Positions 24,380 through 37,200 of a stretch of DNA of 64,000 nt are shown piece after piece. This DNA is from Saccostrea cucullata (taxonomy: Eukaryota): NCBI RefSeq assembly GCF_032062105.1, contig NW_026926521.1, forward strand, positions 1 to 64,000, in the 5' to 3' direction. Numbering within the stretch: the first letter of the stretch is position 1; the number at the start of each line of letters is the position of its first letter. The position numbers were made by a program, and so were the translations under genes. The notes beneath the pieces are model-generated. The model had not been told where the DNA came from. It ran no database searches and was given only the letters and a program-made list of their open reading frames with translations.

Positions 24380-27300
24380 TTAATGGCTCCCTAGAAACAA
24401 GGGATCTACTGAAGCCAGCTTAGCAGACAGAAAGGCGTGGATGCAGTAAAGCAGGGTGTGGAGACTGGAGCACTGGATCTCCTACAAACACAACCAACAA
24501 ACAGTCAATATAAAATAGAATAATAATGTAATATGATGCTTCTGTCCCATTTCTGTTGGGATAAAGGTTAGTCAAAACTCCGGCCCTTTTGGCTAGTTCT
24601 CAAAAAATTATTTTGTACCTGTGTCAAAATTAATTAACCAATCAAATTATGCAGTGTGTTTTATATGTTTCAAGCTTCTCTGTCTCTAAGATGTGTGGCT
24701 TGTTGTCAGACAAGATTCAAATTATCTACTTAAAAAAAAATACTTTGAAAAATTATTTAGGTTTAAAGAATAATTATTCATTATGACAATCTGTGATTGA
24801 ACATTGTTCTGATTTTGTCCTTACCCTGGTTTCTGTATTGTTGGAATTCTCCGTGCTGTGGAAGTGCAGCCTCAGTTTGGATCTGTTATCATCTGAGGAA
24901 CCTTTGAGTTGGGAGAATTTATAAGTCCACATGTAGCTCTATGAAAAAAGAAAAAAATGGCCTTTTTTTCTTTGCTTCACATGACACTAAATCAAGAGAT
25001 GTTTGTAAAAAATATTGGATTTCATTTAAATATGTGCAACCTCTACACAGAAAATGAATGGAAACTGATGGTGGACCAACAGGCACCCATATAGACTGAC
25101 AGCAGCAAAGCAATACGCCCTCCCTTCTTTGGAGGGGGGGGGCATGGTTATTAGGGTTTTTTTCTGGGGAATTAATCATCTTTATACATACCTTTAAAGT
25201 GTTGTCATACAGAGAAAATCCAGACTCGAGATCCAGGGTTAATCCAGACAGCTGTCCCCTCCAGGTACAACCAAAGGTTTTACTCTACAATGAAATATCA
25301 ACATGTAACAAAAATCTCTTTTATATGCTAGTTATACTGGTGTGATTGTGTTTACCTTCATGCTTGTTATACTGGTGTGGTTATTTACCTTCATGCTAGT
25401 TATACTGGTGTTGTTTTCCCTTCATGCTTGTTATACTGGTGTGGTTATTTACCTTCATACTTGTTATACTGGTGTGGTTGTGCTTTCCTTCATGCTTGTT
25501 ATACTGGTGTGGCTGTGTTTACCTTTATGCTTGTTATACTGGTGTGGCTGTGTTTACCTTTATGCTTGTTATACTGGTGTGGCTGTGTTTACCTTCATGC
25601 TTGTTATACTGGTGTGGTTGTGCTTACCTTCATGCTTGTTATACTGGTGTGGTTGTGCTTACCTTCATGCTTGTTATACTGGTGTGGTTGTGCTTACCTT
25701 CATGCTTGTTATACTGGTGTGGTTATATACCTTCATGCTTGTTATACAGTGTACTGGTTATTTACCTTCATGATTGTTATACTGGTGTGGTTATTTAAGA
25801 AATAAACAACGTTATTTAGTGAACATGGCGTTATGAATAGCAATTGCTCTGCTGGCATATTCCATGATGCGCGCTAGCGCATCATGGAAAATATGCCAGC
25901 AGAGCTATTACTATTCATTACGCCATGTTCACTAAATAATCGTTGTTTATTACTTATATTTGCATTCTTTGATGTTGACAAGAATATCAGAGGAAATCCT
26001 GACTTACATAAGGACGCAGCTTCTTCTGTCTTCAGTAAAGAAAACCATATGGCTTTAAAATCAATACACCTGATCAATACTCCTTTTCTCTAATAAATCA
26101 CAATTTATAAAGTATTTCCCTCTCAAACACAGTTATCTGGATACAAGCAGCGCCGTCATCACATTCTCTTAATTTTTGTTTTGATGCAGTCGTGACGTCA
26201 TCAATCAACGTTATTGAAATCCTCTGACAAAAATCAATAATTTAACACTATGATAAAGATGAGAATGCTTTTATTATTATTATTACTCCAGTATGCTTTT
26301 CTGTGATTTTTTTTGGGTACTTTTTCTATTTATTTTTTCTTGAAATAGATATAGATCTACTATAGTTAAAGAAATTTTCTTTTCTGAATGTTATTACCCA
26401 AGTTTGAAGAGTTATCGTTCTTTGTACAAGTATGCATGATACGAAAAAATAAAAATATGGAGTTCTATTTAATTTTTAAAAAGTTTTATTTTACAATTAA
26501 ATACATTTACCAAAATTAAATTTTTAAATATATCAAACAGCAATTTCAAATTGTTCTGAATTCCTTTTTTTCCAAAAAATATTATTAAAAACTTATATTT
26601 AGTCCTTTTACGAAACATTTCATATATATACTTCTCAACACGGTAATTAAGTAGTAGAGCTTGTTCTACACGAGTGAGATAGAGCACTTGCACTCATAGT
26701 GGAGGCAGTTGCGTCTATAGTCATATGAACGCAGTTGAGGGCTACATGTTCATAGTGGAAGAGAGCAGTGGATATGCAAATATTTACATTTATGCTTGTT
26801 ACACTGGTGAGGTTATATTACCTTCATGCTTGTTATACTGGTGTGGTTGTGCTTACCTTCATGCTTGTTATACTGGTGTGGTTGTGCTTACCTTCATGCT
26901 TGTTATACTGGTGTGGTTGTGCTTACCTTCATGCTTGTTATACTGGTGTGGTTATATTACCTTCATGCTTGTTATACCAGATTGGCTGTGTTTACCTTCA
27001 TGCTAGTTATGCTGGTGTGGTTGTGCTTACCTTCATGCTTGTTATACTGGTGTGGTTATATTACTTTAATGCTTGTTATACTGGTTTGGCTGTGTTTACT
27101 TTCATGCTTTTTATACTGGTGTGGTTCTTTACCTTCATGCTTGTTATACTGATGTGGTTTTTATACCTTCATGCTTGTTAGAGTTGGGTATTGCGAGTGA
27201 AAACCATATTGCGATATATTGCAATATTTATGTTGAATATTGCAATATACTGCGATATATTGTAGATGAATTATCATTAATAAATTTGTGCAGAAAGTTT

Positions 27301-27499
27301 AAAATGCTGTCAATTTCAAAGACTATTTGAATTTATCTATAAATTTTAAAGGGGGGGGGGGGATAAGACATTAATCGCACACAAAATTATAATAACTTTT
27401 AATCGAAAACCAGGTAAAAAATTAAAACAAAATGTATTCATTTGATGTATTTTCAAATTGAAAAAAAAGTTTATGCATAGTATATTCTTTATACGTTTC

Positions 27500-27533
<34 letters not shown>

Positions 27534-30500
27534 GGTGTTTTATTGAAATAACATAAAATGGAACTTAATGATTAAAACAATACATATATACTATATAGAA
27601 ATTTTATGTGGTCACAAAATAAAATTAAAGCCAGAAAGAAATTGTGACCTAATTTCGGACGTTTGGTGTTTTAGTCTGACCCGACCTAATTTCACATTAT
27701 GACATACGATCAGGAACGGCATTGGCCTATTTCTATTGTTTTAATATACATGCTACTGGTATAGCATGAAGGTGTTTAAAATGGCATGAAACTTGTTAAA
27801 GAATAATAAAAAACACTGTATCAAGTGAAAACATGGATGGCCATTTACTTGTAATATGTATCTTGAACTTAACATTCATCGTCGATCGTGTAGATTCCAT
27901 GAGATTTTGAGAACCACAGTACACATGGTAAACACCCTGTAGAAATGTTTTATGTATTTTCCTTTTTAATAATTTTATTTAAAAGTCTTTTTATTAATTA
28001 TTTATTTTATTTTAAAGTAAGAAATTTAAAATTGACAGTGAATGAAAAGCTTCCCCCCCTCTCTCTCTTTTCTCTCTATCTGCCTCTGAAAGCTGACGAA
28101 GTATTTTTTTTTTACTAGATTGAAAAGGCCTGGGGAAGTTACAAGTATTATTTCAGCAGTTTCTACAATACAGGAGTTTTTTATATATTTTATAAATATC
28201 GTGAAATACCGGTATCTGACTTTCATATCGCGATATATTATCGTGATGGATAATACCGCAATATACCGATATACCGGTAATATTGCACAGCCCTAATGCT
28301 TGTTATACTGGTGTAGTTGTTTTTCCCTTCATGCTTGTTATACTGGTGTAGTTGTTTTTCCCTTCATGCTTGTTATACAGAGGTGTAGTTATTTGCCTTT
28401 ATGCTTGTTATACTGGTGTGGTTGTATTACCTTCATGCTTGTTATACTGGTGTGGTTATTATACCTTCATGCTTGTTATACTGGTTTGGTTGTGCTTACC
28501 TTCATGCTTGTTATACTGGTGTGGTTGTGCTTACCTTTATGCTTGTTATACTGGTGTGGTTGTGCTTACCTTCATGCTTGTTATACTGGTGTGGTTGTGC
28601 TTACCTTCATGCTTGTTATACTAGTGTGGTTATATTACCTTCATGCTTGTTATACTGGTGTGGTTGTTCTTACCTTCATGCTTGTTATACTGGTGTGGTT
28701 GTGCTTACCTTCATGCTTGTTATACTGGTATGGTTATTATACCTTCATGCTTGTTATACTGGTGTGGTTGTGCTTACCTTCATGCTTGTTATACTGGTAT
28801 GGTTGTGCTTACCTTCATGCTTGTTATACTGGTGTGGTTGTGCTTAACCTTCATGCTTGTTATACTGGTGTGGTTGTGCTTACCTTCATGCTTGTTATAC
28901 TGGTGTGGTTGTGCTTACCTTCATGCTTGTTATACTGGTATGGTTATTATACCTTCATGCTTGTTATACTGGTGTGGTTGTGCTTACCTTCATGCTTGTT
29001 ATACTGGTGTGGTTGGTTTTGTACCAGGCTTTCTCCAGTTGGAGGAGATCAGAGCGGCTCTCGGTACTCAGGTAGAACTTTTCACCTGTCCCACAGTGTA
29101 TGGTGCAACAATGCTGGCGATCATCCAGAAGTTCAACATCCTGACAAAAGATACATTATTTTTTATGTAAACACAGCTGTAAAAAGAATACCATTCACCT
29201 AAACAGTTTAATTCTGGTATCTTCAACACAGGTACATTGCAGCTTCTTTATCATGGATATGTATCAAAAATTTCAAATATTTTGAAATTTTTCTTTGCTC
29301 CATCAAGTTTGAAAAGATTTGACTGTTTTGGCCTCAATCAAAGCCTTTTTCAAGAATCCATGGTTTGTGAAATTACTTGCACACTATAAAACACGCATAA
29401 ATATAAGTTTTTAAAATATAAACTAACTGAAGAAAATTTACTTTCTTCAACTTAAATACCTTGAGAACCTTAAACATGCACTCATAAACTTTGAACACAG
29501 TGTCACAGCGAACCCAGTCTCTTGTCTGCATCTAAAAATAACAAAAAAGAATTCAATTTACATCTTTTACAGAAGAGCTGTATCTTTGTGCTATAGGTAA
29601 CAACTCCCAATCATAAAAAAATTCATATTAATAGAGTATTCAATGATGAATATCATATGCAATATCAGAAACTATAAAATATATTGAAAGGACTTACTGG
29701 TGGAACATCAAACAAGCAAATTTCAGCTCCTTTTAGACATAGAAATTTTGGTTTCCAGGCTTGAAAGTGCCGCATGGGAGAGACTCTTTCTTGGGTCCAT
29801 GTCATGTGAACAACCTGGTAAAAAATAAATATTTTTCAATACATATTCTGTAAGATAGATTACACGTTTTAAAAGAAATTGTGACTGATGTTAGCACAAC
29901 TTACTTGATCTTCTGGGATCAACAGTCTGTTGCTCATTTTTATCTGAAATGAAAATGTTCAATTCATATATTTTTCATCTGACACAGTGAAAACCAGCAC
30001 TGTATCATACAACACAAGCTAAAATTCAACACACCGCTCAAAGCATCTGAATGAACAGTAATTTATAATTCACATATCAACATTACAGTAGCAAATACAC
30101 AATATTGTCATACCATATGAGTGAGCAATGCTGAAATATTATTGGTTATTGCTCTTATCCAATCAGCCAATGATCTACTGTCTTCACATTGTACAACTCC
30201 TGTTGAAGCAGAGTTCACACCAACCACCTCAAAGGCATTTGTTCTGAAAGATTCAACATATATTACAGTGTACAGTCAAATACAACCAAACATATTCTAT
30301 ATCAAAGCAATTTACAGGTATAATAAAACACTTATGCCCCCTCCTCCAAATAATTGGAAGTCTAAGGGGCACAACTCTGGTCAAAATAGCCTGATCGTAC
30401 CCAAAATAAAACTTGACCTAGATATTCTCATGAAAAATTCTTTGCAGAGGTTGCACATATTGAAATAAAATGTGGTATACAGATTTATTATAAAAATATC

Positions 30501-33500
30501 TAGGTCAAGTTTTGTTATGGGTACGATCAGGCCATTTCTGACAGAGTTATGCACTTTCGACTTTAAAAAATTCCAATTATTTGGGGGAGGGGGGCAGTGT
30601 TTATAAATATCTCTCGTTAACATTCAGTATTGTATTCAGAATTATTTCATCAAAGACATCCCAGTGACCTGAATACAGTACTTCATCTCACCTGAGTTTG
30701 TCTGTTCCGGGGATGAATCTGGACAGGTAGGCAAACAGTAAGGGGATAGTAACATAGACCACCCACTGTCGCTCGAGGTCAGGGATGGACGGAGACTGGG
30801 AACTCTTTATACAAAGAACACAAATGAGAAAGTGAATTCTTAACTTACAATATAAAAGACAATCTGATATAATTTTTACCTTTTGCATATGTAAAAAAAG
30901 AAAACTTACAGGTTTTTGGGCAATCATTCATGTTTTTTTTTTTTTTTTAGAGAGAATTAATTAATACATGCCTTATAGCCTGTTATGCATACATTAGTAT
31001 TCATTCATAAGAGTCCATACAGCAAAAAAACTTTAAAATTTTTCTAAATTCTATATGTTTGATACTTACTCCTGGAGAACTTGCACTGCTCTGTGACTCT
31101 AAAAATGAAAGAAAAATGATAATCATATCTATACACATGCAATAATAAATTAAAATTTCATACCACGGTAAGTTTCAAAATTAACAAGCATACACATGTA
31201 CATGCTGCAAAAAATGTAATACTGTAGATCACTAAATTTTCGCGACACCATATTTTCACGAGATAGTCCTTGACTCTTGATTAGCGAAACAAAATTTTCA
31301 CGAATTGTGGTTATTGCTCTATATAATCTTAAGGAATACTATTATACGCGAGAATTAAATTTTCGCGAGCACACTGTCTCACGTAATTATGCGCAAATGA
31401 AGTTCTCGCGAATAAAAAGTGATTTACAGTATACAGTGTGGTCTGCAAATATTGATTTTTTTTCTTCAATTTCCTATAGACAATATATTATTGTTGAAGA
31501 CCTTGTCTCAGGAAAAAATTATAATACTTACCCCTTTTCAGGAAAAGTGCAGCTGGTTTAAAGTATCTGACTGTCAAGATAACAGTCTGTCCTGCTAATT
31601 TCAGTGTCTCAATGACTGCATCATGTTCCATTTTATCACATTCTATGTCATTTATCTAAAACATTAGATAATCCATTATGGATTAAAATCTTTAATGAAT
31701 TCAAGACACTGGGAAACAAACCAAAGCAATTGTTCCTATGTATTTTTAGTTGGTACATGTAAATACACACTGAAGACAGTAATCATGAATCCAGATACAG
31801 TATTCAAATCTGCAAAGATTGTTTATTCCTGACAATGAAAAGCAATTTCTTGTAGCTAATTAAAAGCCTACCTTTAGAATAGCATCTCCAATCAGTAGTT
31901 TGCCAGAATTTGATGCTGGAAGATTGGGGGGCATTTTTGATATGAATACAGGAAGGCCACAATCTGCACCCCCCTTAAGACCGAGTCCTAGCCCCCCGGA
32001 GTCATCTCTCACCAGACACACCTCACGAACCTGTTGAAATTCTCATCATTCAGTACATTGAAATAAGCGTCCATATAAACTTGATATCAGCTGGATTTGG
32101 GGAGTTAACTCTTGGTCCAAAACTCAATGTTTGACTTAAAAGCAAGTTCTAGAAACACTACCTATGCTGACTTAAAAGCAGATCAATGGCAAATTTCTCC
32201 AAAATAATCTGAACAAAACAACCATGCAGCTAAAAGTAAATTGATTTATATGAAAGCATCTATGGTATTATAGACTTAAAATTGTAATTTGATATATGTA
32301 GGAGTAAATATGAAAATGCTTTGGAATTATTATAATGATATACAAGTGGTGCTAATGGCCAAATAGTGTTAGGAACTCCACATAAATTACCTCATAACAA
32401 TTAAAGAAATAGAAAACTGTCTTTGTGTATTTGTCACTGTAGTGTTCTGTACATTTACCTGGTTAAGCATCTCATCGTTCCCATTGCTGTCAGTTGACAC
32501 GATTTCCTCCCTCAGAACACTCAGTGTGTCCGTTGTTAAGACAAGCTTGGCTGTTCTGGGTTTTCCTATGGAGTCAAGGATGGTTACTAAACCAGTCTTC
32601 TCCTGGAAAATAAATCATATATTTAGAAGAGTTTCATTTTAATGCAGATTAAAAATTCACTTTTAAATTGTTTAATGTGAAATTTTTGGCTTTTAAAAAT
32701 TTTTTTTTGGGGGGGGGAGGGGGGTATATCTTACTTTTTGTCTTTGAATTTGAAATTTGTACAAAAGATTCAATTTGCTCAGAGACAAAAATGGGCAATG
32801 ATTTACTGAGCATCATATTGAGTGAATAACAAAGAAAGGGGGAGGGGCCTAAGTTTACTTTTATTGTATGAAAAGTATACATGGCAGAAATGTTGTACAA
32901 TAAATAAAAAAGATATATATATTAACATTTATAATGATTACAGAGATTTCTTTCTTGATGCATGTATTTGGTACTTTAGTTTTGAGAATAGATAGTTTTT
33001 GATGGACCTAAATTTAGCAAAAGTTACCTCCTGTTGGTCGCCATATTGGGGGTCGACTCGGTGAGTTTTCCTCTTTGTCTTACCAAGTTTAAGAAAATAT
33101 AGCAGAAATATTTGGTGGAAAATCTTTATTAAATAATTTTTTTTTAATAAAGGAGGCTTCCAAAAATTTACATACTTCAGAAAAATAATTATTCCTAATT
33201 CAAAATAGCAAATATAAAAATTTAAAATTGGTTGAACAATGAAGGAATATAAACATTTGGACCTCCAGTTTGGCGGCCAATGGGAGGTAACTTTTGCTAA
33301 ATTTAGGTCCATCGAAAACTATCTATGGTTAAATAACATATACATGTAATAAAAATTTTGTTACATTATCAAAATCATTTCAAATGGTATATTGGTTTGA
33401 AAGTTTGACTTAGGTTTGTTCTCAGTTTATGATGTTAAAGCCTGTTTTTATACACATGTAACCCTTCAAAGTTAAAATCTATCACTTCATAAAAATTTGA

Positions 33501-33978
33501 CTTATGAATAATTGAATTACCCATTCAACATGTTCAATAAGAATGTACGTATAGGGGCTAAAAATATGAATTAGAATTTAGACAGGGGTGCTTTAGACCT
33601 GCTTCATGCTTAGAAGTAATCCAATTAAACAGTGGTGCTACAGTACATTTAAAATGTAGTCTTTCTAAATGTATCAGACCTGTCTAGACCATATTTGAGG
33701 CCAGAGGGGATAAAAATAAACAAACCAAAAAAAAAATGCCCACAAAATTACCGCTATATAGATAAGTTTAAAAACTTCTCTGAGAATAAAGTACCACATT
33801 TTTTGTCTACATCCTTGGATCTTTAGAAGAGAAGGAATAAAATGAAGTACTTTATGAGAAAAATATTTATTTATGAGGAAATTCGAGCTGATTTATTGCA
33901 TACTTTTAAATTATTTCTTTTTTTGTTTTTCACACCGATCATATACATATTACATTCAGCTATACTTACTTCGTTCAT
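24380..33978 (-). CDS. SNTG1: Gamma-syntrophin (PH-PDZ-PH-SU), 14 coding exons
   Basis: ATG 33978 (MNE|); PDZ exon VREVCLVRDDSGGLGLGLKGGAD (~31872-32030); LERQW...GTDKLR; exon 29140-28988; SKTFGCTW (25284-25192); YKFSQLKGSSDD; C-terminus LLYCIHAFLSAKLASVDPLFLGSH*; phases consistent, including a 29-nt microexon at 31098-31070. Confidence 0.9.
25792..26786 (+). mobile_element. Terminal-hairpin element C bounded by 6-bp direct repeat TATTTA (Crypton-like, inferred)
   Basis: Palindrome 25796-25956; TATTTA at 25792-25797 and 26781-26786; empty site ggtTATTTAcc visible in neighbouring repeat units; short IR tatttgcat / atgcaaata. Confidence 0.75.
27179..28295. mobile_element. Non-autonomous hAT element
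   Basis: Ends tagagttgggtatt / aatattgcacagcccta; perfect 8-bp TSD atgcttgt at 27171-27178 and 28296-28303; subterminal gcgatat/gcaatat subrepeats. Confidence 0.85.
31222..31429. mobile_element. 208-bp TA-flanked MITE, copy 1
   Basis: TA-ctgtagatcact ... agtgatttacag-TA; near-identical to 54301-54508. Confidence 0.85.
32988..33326. mobile_element. MITE with ~65-bp TIRs
   Basis: atagatagtttttgatggacctaaatttagcaaaagttacctcc / ggaggtaacttttgctaaatttaggtccatcgaaaactatctat; no clear TSD. Confidence 0.7.
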
Positions 33979-34220
33979 TATGTTGCAATCCCTTCATTAA
34001 TTTATTTAAACAATGTCTAAATTTAATCAATAAATCGAGTCGATAAAAATTTTACAAATTGGAACTCTTCTATTTTGAAGGTAAATTTAGACTTTATGTA
34101 GAGATCTCGGGATTTCACGCGTTGGTTCTGTTTGGTTAGCAACCACATTGTAACTATTGTATGGGTGACTGTGTTGTTGGGATACACACGACAGATAAAC
34201 TGAAGGGATAGAAACACACA
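33979..34220. promoter_or_regulatory. Bidirectional promoter SNTG/EFHC1 with RFX X-box-like site
   Basis: Divergent ATGs separated by 242 bp; GTTTGGTTAGCAAC at ~34130-34143 has a good RFX half-site. Confidence 0.55.
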
Positions 34221-37200
34221 ATGGAGGGTCTGCCGTTTCTTCCAGGGAATTCCTTCAGGGACCCAACTGTAAGTAACTTTAGAAATTTGTGGTTTTATTT
34301 GTAAAATCATAATAAAATTTTAATGCAAAGATAACATTGTTCTGCAGCATATGTATTTTAGTAGGCATCAATCTGCATTGCAGTCATAGTCAATATCAAC
34401 TTAACAATATTTTTCTTTATTGGTGCTAATATAAAAGACATAATGTGCACATAATGCGCAAGTTTTATCGTTTTTATATAGCCTAATTTCAGTAATTACA
34501 CATTTCACTAAAATTTCTGAACTATTCAACAGTGGAAATATAAAATAAAAATTCTATGAAATACTTACAGCAAAACAAGTATCATAGGAGCCATTCCTTG
34601 AACTACAAAAATGGTTATTCCATCCCCACACTGCCTACCTCAGGTATTGGTGGTCAACCCATCATGTACAACCAACTGAGTGATCAAGAACTTGATGAAT
34701 TAGCCAACTTCAATCCAACTCTTACTTATGGACAGGCCAAGCAAGCTCCTCCAGAGGACTTTGTTCCAGCACATAAAGCATGGGACAAAAAGGTAATGTA
34801 GATCTAATATCAACATGATTTATGTTTTTATTATGAAACTTGTTGATTGATTATTTTAAATCATTTTTACGTGTACGGTACCTATGGTCTACCTATAGTC
34901 TTTGTTGCACCAGTGGCGCATCTGAAGGACAAAGAGATTTTTGCATGTGCATATGTTCAACTGGATTTTTTTTTCTTTTTTTACCACAGGTTCTGAGATT
35001 TAATGCTTACTTTAAGCAAACTGTACATGAATCCCCAGCAGAATATTACAGAGTTAGACCAGTAGATATTTATTATTATCTGGAAGATGACAGCATCTCT
35101 GTTGTCGAACCTCATGTTGAAAACAGTGGGATGCCACAAGGTAGATTTGATTTATTCTTGCTCATACTTTAAAAATTAAAAGTTTTATAAATGCCAAAGC
35201 TCTTCTTAAAGTTTATTTTATCAAAATTTTCATAGTATTAAAATTGGGGCTTTAAATAAGTACATTTCAATACTTCTATTCAGGAAAACTTATCAAGAGA
35301 CAGAGACTTCCAAAGAATGACCAGGGAGACAATTGGCACTGGAAGGATCTGAATAACGGCACCAATGCCACCTTCTATGGAAAGGTTTTCCACATTGTGA
35401 ATTGTGACCAATTTACACAGGTATGCATCCTCTTTTATTTTCATCATGAGTTTTACAAAAAACGTTTTTATTTCATGACAATTTTGATTATTGTTTCCTC
35501 TACATAGCAGAATAATAGATGTACTTAATTTTCTGCAATATATATATATATATATAGACATACTTGCTTTAAGAAATTCAAAAAATATTCACTTTTAATT
35601 TACAGAATTTCCTTGAGAGTGAAGGATTGGTTGTAAACCCCTCAGAGGATATGCCATCAGACCCCTACATTGAGAAGAGGAAGGATGCTGCAGCCCTCAG
35701 AACCTACCAAACTCCCTCTGCCTTTGATAAGACAAAGCAGTTCCTGGAAATGGACCGAAAAGTGCTACGATTCTATTGTGTGTGGGATGACAGAGATAAC
35801 ATGTTCGGAGAAATGCGTCCATATGTCATTCATGTAAGTTTAATATTAATGATAATTTTTTTTAACAACTTTATCATTTAGTACCTGTAGATTATTGAAA
35901 ATATATGCCAGTGGAATTTATCATTGAGTAATTTTGAAAATATTAATATTATTTTTAAATAACTGAAATGCATATAAAAATTTTCATTTCCATCAACGTT
36001 CCATCCTTGCATCAATTATGCTGCATTTTTTAGTGAAAACATTTGAATTGTAATTTTTTTTTATCTTTTTTCAGTATTATTTGGTGGATGATACTTTGGA
36101 GGTCCGTGAAGTCCACACAGCCAATGACGGAAGAGATCCATTCCCCGTACTCATCGGAAGACACAAGGTTCCCAAAAATAGATACGAAGTGGAGTCCTCC
36201 TTCCCTGCAGTAGTGATGGAGTTATCAGATAATGAAATCAAAGCATATTACACACCTAAAGACTTCAAAATAGGAGCAACTGTTCCTATCTATGGGCGAA
36301 AATTCCTCATTTATGATTGTGATAACTTTACAAAAGCCTTCTACTACCATCACTTTGGACAGACAGAATTCAATTCTCTAGATGTCAAAGAGAAATTAAA
36401 GGATTTGCCCAAAATGGTAAGTTTATGCTTGCATATCAAAATTGTACTCTTTCTAGAGAAAAAAAAAATTATATGTGCAACAACATTGAAAATGCTTAAA
36501 TGTGTTGTGTAGTTTTACTTAATTAATTCCATACAGTTCTTGAGAGGATCCTTCATACATATAAGTTCATTTGATAATTAATTTTAATTGGATTAACTTT
36601 TAATCCTCTACAGGAAATTCCCCCATACAATCACTTTGGTTCTCTGGAAGACTCCCTGCAGTCCTGCTTGTCACTGATACCACAGCCGCCCAAGAAGGAC
36701 TTCATCAAGATGTTAGAGAACGACCACAAAGTGCTCAGATTTGAAGCAGTCATGGTATGTTCTCTTTTAAACTTTTCTATTTTCTACTCAAATAGGCATT
36801 GACCCAGTCTTCTTTTTGATATTGACATTTCCTCCTGCCACTATAAAATGACAGTAGATGGCTAAACAATATGTGGTTGTTTTGTAGGATTCAGTCAGAC
36901 CTGAGGACAATGGTAGAAGATTCATCATTTCCTACAGATTGGCCGATGACATGATGACAATTTACGAGCCCCCAGTCAGGAACTCTGGAATCATTGGAGG
37001 AAAATTCCTGGAAAGAACCAGAGTGGCTAAGCCCAGTTCTGCCCCTGATCAGCCCACATTCTATGGTCCTCAGGACTTTTACATTGGTGCTGTAATCGAC
37101 ATTTTCAAACACCGCTTTGTCATCACAGGAGCTGATGAATATGTACTGAAATACATGGAGGACCACAAATCTCAATTCCCAGGTAACAATGCATATAGCT

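Larger units (their letters stand above)
25322..29015 (-). repeat. 35-bp minisatellite (~45 units in three blocks) copied from a syntrophin exon end plus splice donor
   Basis: Minus-strand unit ACAACCACACCAGTATAACAAGCATGAAG|GTAAGC; blocks 25322-25797, 26787-27178, 28296-29015. Confidence 0.92.

Noticed and set aside
25322-29015. CRISPR-like appearance of the 35-bp repeats
   Set aside because: Units are directly adjacent with no unique spacers, there are no cas genes, and the context is a eukaryotic intron.
25342-29202. Many overlapping plus-strand ORFs (MLVILVWLCLPSCLLYWCG...) up to 300 aa
   Set aside because: Artefact of the 35-bp repeat lacking plus-strand stops; antisense to a syntrophin intron.
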